In this document: piece after piece, positions 59,497 through 64,000 of the stretch
How the letters are laid out: each line of letters opens with the position of its first letter
How positions within the stretch are numbered: position 1 is the first letter of the stretch
NCBI GenBank assembly: GCA_964586225.1
Contig: CAZPHD010000002.1
Span: forward strand, 40,372 to 104,371
DNA from: an uncultured Fimbriimonadaceae bacterium
GTDB taxonomy: Bacteria; Armatimonadota; Fimbriimonadia; Fimbriimonadales; Fimbriimonadaceae
Length of the DNA: 64,000 nt
Direction of reading: 5' to 3'
Position numbers and translations under genes: made by a program
Notes under the pieces: model-generated
The model's input: only the letters and a program-made list of their open reading frames with translations
The model's database searches: none
Told to the model about the DNA's origin: nothing

Positions 59497-62040
59497 TTAC
59501 CGACTCAAATACAGAATCGAGTGCCGAATCCCAAAATCCCGCATGAACGAGACGTCGTCGTGGTCGCCCATCGGCGCGTCATCAATCCCTAACGCCCGAT
59601 AGCCCACGTGGAGCAGGTTGTCGCGGTCGGGGTTGCCGCCGTCCACCCAGCGATACGCCCACAGGATGTCGCCGTTCCACCACGTCGCCGCCGGGGCGGA
59701 GCGGCTCTGCGTCCACTCGTCGTAGAACCGCTTCACCAGCCAGCCGCCGCGGACCGACTTGTCGGCGATCGTCTCCGCCACGTAGGTGCACGCCCAAGGC
59801 GAGGTGTCGTTGTGATATCCGCGACCATAGACATACAGCCGCCCGGCGGGACCCGTGTCGCGGTCGACCTTGAAAAGCACTCGCAGACGCCCGCGCCCTC
59901 GCGATCCGCCCGCTTCGCCCTCAACCCAGTCCATCGCCGTCTCGTTGAGGAGACCCTGCTCTTCGGCATAACGCCGAATCTGCCATCGGCTGGGGCGGTT
60001 GGCGTCTTGGTCTTGCGCGAGGGCGAGCACAACCTCCTTGCGCACGGTATCCACCGCCATCCCGACCGGCACCGTGCTCCGCTCGAAAAGCCGCCGCTCT
60101 GCGCCCGGAAGTTGACGCGGTCGCCACACGCGATACACCACTTCTTGGGTATCTGGGTTCCACAAGAACACGAACGAGCGATCGCCGATTTGGCCGACGG
60201 TTGGCACCAGTTTCGGGTTCGAATCGAGCACCACCGGCTTGCCACTGGGCTTGCCGTTCGGCGAAACCAACTGCCAGATCACGCCTGCCTTTGAGGGATA
60301 GACCAGCGCGATAGGGTCGCCGCTGCCGATGGCGACGGGATCGCCAGTCAGGTCAGTCGCCAGGGTGACGGCATCCTCCCACACTGTCGGGCGCACGAGC
60401 CGCCGCCATTTCAGCTCGCCCGGCTTGTCGGGGCTGATGTCCGGGTTTTCGCCTTTCTCGGCTTTGGGGCGTTCACCCAATAGAGCGTAGGCTCGATTCT
60501 TGTGCGTGAACAGCCACGGCGAGGTCATCGTCCGCGCCATTTCGTCGCGGGTTCCGGCGTTGGTCGAATACGAGTAGTTGATGTCGGCGCGGATGCCCTT
60601 TTCGCCGAAGATTCCGTTCCAGTTCCAGTCGATGAGCGTCGTGTCGCCGTTCGGTTTGAGTCGGAATCGATAGGGGCCTTTCTCCAGGAACTTGACCCGC
60701 TCGTAGGGCAGGGGGATCGTCTCGTCGAGGTCGGCCTCATTGAGCGTGTAGCCGGCGAGTTCGCCGGTCGAGTAGGCGATCTTGTTGGGGTCATCCTCCA
60801 GCGAATAGCTGTAGGCGTAGCTCATCAAACTTCTGTAAATCGGGCAGAGCCCCGGCCCCCAGTGGCCGTTGTGATCCATGCCAAGCTGATGACCGAACTC
60901 GTGCAGGAACACCGCCCAGAGCGCGTTCGTCCCGCACGTGCCGCCGTCGCCCAGTTGGTCGGCTTGGCCGCCGCCGCCTCGCGTGATTTGCATCCAGTGG
61001 GCGATTCCGCGCCACTCGTTTGGCAAATGTTTGTTGCGGTTAGCTTGCCAAGACTTTGACTTATCATCACCAGTGATGGGGTCGCGCTGAACGATGTGGA
61101 GGTTCCATCCTGTGGAGCCGTCCGGGTTCTTCGAGGGCAGGTTGCGGTAGGTTTCCTGCACGCGAGCGAGCTCTTTTTGGACATGGGCTTCGTCGACGTC
61201 GTCGAAGCGCTGAACCAGGCAGATGATGTCGATGCGTCGCGGGTTGCATCCGAGAGCTTTGAAGTCCAGTCCGCGGAAGTTGCCGACTTCCCAGCCATCG
61301 AGGAGCCCATCGCCGTCGGTGTCGGGGTTGTGCGGATCGGTGCCGAGCTCGGCTTCTTGCTCGTTGGTGAGGCCGTCGTGGTCGGAGTCGGTCTCATTGA
61401 CCGAGAGGGTTCGGTGGAGCCGGATCGAGTAGCGCGTGTGCGGCTCCTTGCCATAACGGAACTCGAAGAGGTCGCGATCGCCGTCGTTGTCGGCATCTCC
61501 CCAGGCGAACTTCGAACCTGGGTCGAGCCAAACGGGGGCTCCGGGAATCTCGACTTTCCGAACTTCGGTGGCTTTCCAGGTGGCCGTGGAAACCGTGTAG
61601 CCGCGGCCCTTGGGATCGATGACGTAAACCTGATCACCGTCGCGCCACATGACCGGCTGAGGAACCGTCTTGGGTAGCTTGCCGACGATGCTCTTCGCCG
61701 TCATTTTGCCGTCTTTGAAATCACCGGCAAGGTGAAGCTCGGTGCCCACGAGCGCCAACACATCGTCGCCGGGGTGCGGATCAAACGGCCCCGACACTGC
61801 CGCTTCCGCGCCTTTTCCCCAGCCGACCAAGCCTTGGTAGGGGCGTCCCGGCTTCATGCCGCCTACGTTCAAGCTAAGATCAAGGATGCCCTCGCCGTGC
61901 GGGTAGACGACAATCAGATCGGCATAGCCGTCGGCGTTGACGTCGCCCACGGTGGGAATCCGCGGCGGGGCCGCAAAGTTGAGCGCCCACGGAATCGGCT
62001 CTGCGAAACCCAGCGTCAATGCGGCCAGCAGCGCGATCAT
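59497..62040 (-). CDS. Large secreted protein: FG-GAP/VCBS-like repeats, TSP3-type Ca-binding repeats, a metzincin domain and a ~400-aa unknown C-terminal region
   Basis: Signal peptide. VGDVNADGYADLIVV and WGDADNDGDRDLFEF (FG-GAP). DSDHDGLTNEQEAELGTDPHNPDTDGDGLLDGWE (TSP3-like). HEFGHQLGMDHNG plus SLMSY Met-turn. Confidence 0.75.
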   Translation of the reverse strand: MIALLAALTLGFAEPIPWALNFAAPPRIPTVGDVNADGYADLIVVYPHGEGILDLSLNVGGMKPGRPYQGLVGWGKGAEAAVSGPFDPHPGDDVLALVGTELHLAGDFKDGKMTAKSIVGKLPKTVPQPVMWRDGDQVYVIDPKGRGYTVSTATWKATEVRKVEIPGAPVWLDPGSKFAWGDADNDGDRDLFEFRYGKEPHTRYSIRLHRTLSVNETDSDHDGLTNEQEAELGTDPHNPDTDGDGLLDGWEVGNFRGLDFKALGCNPRRIDIICLVQRFDDVDEAHVQKELARVQETYRNLPSKNPDGSTGWNLHIVQRDPITGDDKSKSWQANRNKHLPNEWRGIAHWMQITRGGGGQADQLGDGGTCGTNALWAVFLHEFGHQLGMDHNGHWGPGLCPIYRSLMSYAYSYSLEDDPNKIAYSTGELAGYTLNEADLDETIPLPYERVKFLEKGPYRFRLKPNGDTTLIDWNWNGIFGEKGIRADINYSYSTNAGTRDEMARTMTSPWLFTHKNRAYALLGERPKAEKGENPDISPDKPGELKWRRLVRPTVWEDAVTLATDLTGDPVAIGSGDPIALVYPSKAGVIWQLVSPNGKPSGKPVVLDSNPKLVPTVGQIGDRSFVFLWNPDTQEVVYRVWRPRQLPGAERRLFERSTVPVGMAVDTVRKEVVLALAQDQDANRPSRWQIRRYAEEQGLLNETAMDWVEGEAGGSRGRGRLRVLFKVDRDTGPAGRLYVYGRGYHNDTSPWACTYVAETIADKSVRGGWLVKRFYDEWTQSRSAPAATWWNGDILWAYRWVDGGNPDRDNLLHVGYRALGIDDAPMGDHDDVSFMRDFGIRHSILYLSR

Positions 62041-62041
62041 G

Positions 62042-62461
62042 TTAGTCTTCGAGAACCCACTCGCTGGTCACCGGTGGGCTGAATCGGAGGGTGGCCGAGA
62101 CTGAGCAGTACTTCTCATCGCTCAGCTGGATCGCCCTTGCGACGGCGTCGGGATCGAGGTTCTCGCCCCGCAGAATGTGGCGAACGCGAAGCGCGGTGTA
62201 GGGTCGCGGATACTCTGATCCCGGCGGGGTGCGATCGCCATCAACTTCGATTCGATAGCCGGTCACGACCTGCCGCTTTTTCGTGAGAATGCTCACGACA
62301 TCCATGGCGGTGCATGCGGCAAGCGCCCCGAGGAAACCCTCAAGGGGAGTTGGCCCCTGGCCCTGCCCGCCGGATTCGGGATAGGCGTCAAAGGTAAACG
62401 CGTTTCCGCCATCACCGACGGCCTCGAAGACCATGCCGTCTTTCCACTCAACACTAACCAT
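62042..62461 (-). CDS. OsmC/Ohr family peroxiredoxin-like protein
   Basis: 139 aa with the GPTPLEGFLGALAACTAMD and YCSVSATL two-Cys pattern. Confidence 0.85.
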   Translation of the reverse strand: MVSVEWKDGMVFEAVGDGGNAFTFDAYPESGGQGQGPTPLEGFLGALAACTAMDVVSILTKKRQVVTGYRIEVDGDRTPPGSEYPRPYTALRVRHILRGENLDPDAVARAIQLSDEKYCSVSATLRFSPPVTSEWVLED

Positions 62462-62470
62462 GCGACAAGG

Positions 62471-62920
62471 CTACCACCGGTCGGCGAGCAGTGTCGCAAG
62501 CTCGGTCAGCAATGCCTCGTCTGAGGCATCGAATGCGCTGACGCGGTGGCCGTCAATGTCGATTTGTCCAAGGATGTTCTCTTCGGCATCGCGAATCAGC
62601 ACGACAATTTCGGAGCGGGTCTGGAGCGAGCACGCGAGGTAGTTGTCGAGTTCGCGAACGTCCTTAATCACCTGATTGGCGTTCTCGGCTACGGCGGTTC
62701 CGCAAACGCCGCGGCCAACGGGAATCTCGGTGTGGTCGGTGTGGGCCCCGACATAGGCGTCAAGCTTCAGCAGGTCACCGTCCAGCGCGTAGACTCCCGA
62801 CCAGTTGTAGTCGGCGAGGGAGTCGAGTTGCTCCATCGCGAACTGACGGAGTTCGAACCCGTCGCCGGGGTAGGTGCGGACGGCGTCGAGAATGCGTTGA
62901 GCGTCGGCTTGGGTGACCAT
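62471..62920 (-). CDS. GAF domain protein (free methionine-R-sulfoxide reductase-like)
   Basis: NWSGVYALDG..., GRGVCGTAVAEN..., ACSLQTRSEIVVLI..., GQIDID pattern of the fRMsr/YebR family. Start at the internal ATG (MVTQADAQ). Confidence 0.7.
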   Translation of the reverse strand: MVTQADAQRILDAVRTYPGDGFELRQFAMEQLDSLADYNWSGVYALDGDLLKLDAYVGAHTDHTEIPVGRGVCGTAVAENANQVIKDVRELDNYLACSLQTRSEIVVLIRDAEENILGQIDIDGHRVSAFDASDEALLTELATLLADRW

Positions 62921-63083
62921 CACTGAAGAGTATTCCCCAGCGAACGCACGCCGGCACGTGGCAACTGGCGCTCGCACAAGTGCGAAGGTCCAAAGCCCCG
63001 AACCTCATCTGCCCATCGGCTAAAATGCGAAAAACTTTGCATAACGGGAACATCGTCCCGCTAAAGGAGCCGTAGAAACCACC

Positions 63084-63464
63084 ATGAATGTCAGTCGCCG
63101 AGAACGCCAACTGCTTGAGATCCTTTACCGCCGTGGGGAAGCGACCGCCGCCGAGGTCCAAGAAGAGCTGAACGATGGGTCGTCGTATTCGGCGGTTCGT
63201 GGGATGCTGCGCGTTCTCACGGAAAAGGAACTTGTTTCCGTCCGCTCGGAAGGAGTTCGCTACATTTTCAAGCCGTCAACCCCTCGCGATGAGGCCGCGA
63301 AGTCCGCGCTTCACGGAGTCGTGGACACGTTCTTTTCGGGAAAAGTCAGCGAGCTTGTCTCCACCCTCCTGACCGAGGAAGACCAGCAGTTGGATGAATC
63401 TGAACTTGACCGCCTGTCACGCATGATCGACGCTGCAAGGGCGAAGAAGAAGGGGAGAGAATGA
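63084..63464 (+). CDS. blaI: BlaI/MecI/CopY family transcriptional repressor
   Basis: Winged-helix N-terminus (RERQLLEILYRRGEATAAEVQEEL...SYSAVRGMLRVLTEKELV). 126 aa. Confidence 0.85.
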   Translation: MNVSRRERQLLEILYRRGEATAAEVQEELNDGSSYSAVRGMLRVLTEKELVSVRSEGVRYIFKPSTPRDEAAKSALHGVVDTFFSGKVSELVSTLLTEEDQQLDESELDRLSRMIDAARAKKKGRE

Positions 63465-64000
63465 ACGAGTTCTTGGATCTTGCGCTACGAGCAACGCTCT
63501 TGCTCGCAGTGGCTTTTGTGGGTTGGCTGATCTTGAGCAGCCAGTCTGCCCAGGCGCGATCCGCTTGGCTTCGAGCAGCGATCCTGGGACTGGTTGCCTT
63601 GCCCGCATGGATTGTGGCCGGGCCGCAGTTTCACTTCGAAGTTCCCTGGGTTGAAAAGCCATCGCCTACGCTGGTATCGAGTTGGGAAGCCACACCTGTC
63701 GTCGTTGTGAATGATCCCTTCAACTGGAGTTGGCTCTGGGCCGTCGTGGCCGGATTGCTTGCCGTACGGATGACGCTCGGCGGTCTTGCTCTCGCGCGCA
63801 TGTGGTCCCATGCCCGCGCCGCTGATGATGATTTGACCGATGAGTTGTACCAGGCCCTTGCACGGCTCGACGTATCCCGCCCGGTCGATTTTCGCGTCGC
63901 TCAGGTCGGATCCCCGATGACCTTTGGAGTTCGCCGAGCCTGTGTGGTGGTGCCGGAGGACTTTGCGCGTTGGCCCGAAGCCCATCGTGAAGCTGCGCTC
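63461..64000 (+). CDS. blaR1: BlaR1/M56 family sensor peptidase, N-terminal part (runs off window edge)
   Basis: My own translation from ATG 63461 (ATGA overlap with blaI): MNEFLDLALRATLLLAVAFVGW... It has several TM helices and ends ...GSPMTFGVRRACVVVPEDFARWPEAHREAAL, just before where the HExxH motif normally lies. Confidence 0.8.
   Translation, partial: MNEFLDLALRATLLLAVAFVGWLILSSQSAQARSAWLRAAILGLVALPAWIVAGPQFHFEVPWVEKPSPTLVSSWEATPVVVVNDPFNWSWLWAVVAGLLAVRMTLGGLALARMWSHARAADDDLTDELYQALARLDVSRPVDFRVAQVGSPMTFGVRRACVVVPEDFARWPEAHREAAL

Noticed and set aside
1-64000. Looked for IS elements, integrases, phage genes, cas genes, restriction-modification or other defence modules, rRNA, tmRNA and RNase P.
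   Set aside because: No matching protein motifs or RNA structures were recognised. The intergenic space is too short (the largest gaps are about 275, 209 and 156 bp) to hide large RNA genes.

Overview
GC-rich (roughly 60% by eye, not computed), very densely coding chromosomal segment. It comes from a diderm bacterium, judging by Kdo transferase WaaA, MlaE, LspA and several lipobox proteins. The lineage cannot be fixed without a database search. About 70 features are supported, and most are housekeeping genes. These include motAB, mutL, ileS-lspA, nfo, purC, purH, rpsA, efp, tsaE, a ychF-like gene, trpG and a separate trpDCF block. Complex I genes are scattered as nuoB-nuoI and nuoA-nuoC. There is also lutAB, an M3 oligoendopeptidase, a UbiA-type prenyltransferase and one tRNA-Leu(UAA). 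A carbohydrate and cell-wall set is present: GH95, a GH2-like protein, a phosphodiester glycosidase and an LD-carboxypeptidase. An envelope/pilus/motility set includes a PilZ protein, a 3-gene minor-pilin operon, an orphan pilC, two secreted metzincins and blaI-blaR1. I saw no rRNA, CRISPR array, transposase, integrase, prophage or recognisable defence island. The only accessory-type module is a DUF433/DUF5615 toxin-antitoxin-like pair. The most unusual item is at 29538-30797: a SigB/SigF-like sigma factor fused in one ORF to a catalytically degenerate GGDEF domain. That domain keeps an RxxD I-site at canonical spacing, which suggests a cis-acting c-di-GMP-sensing sigma factor, and the gene lies directly downstream of pilC. 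Other points worth a second look are three AT-rich or repeat-structured intergenic elements (the motA-motB spacer, the mutL/pilZ convergent spacer and the region upstream of pilC). Also notable are a multi-pass membrane protein with an 8-Cys cytoplasmic module, a YchF homologue lacking G2/G3 motifs, a 47-codon membrane ORF coupled to ychF, and a 521-aa bitopic protein coupled to purH. All family assignments come from motif recognition by eye, and start codons are often inferred.
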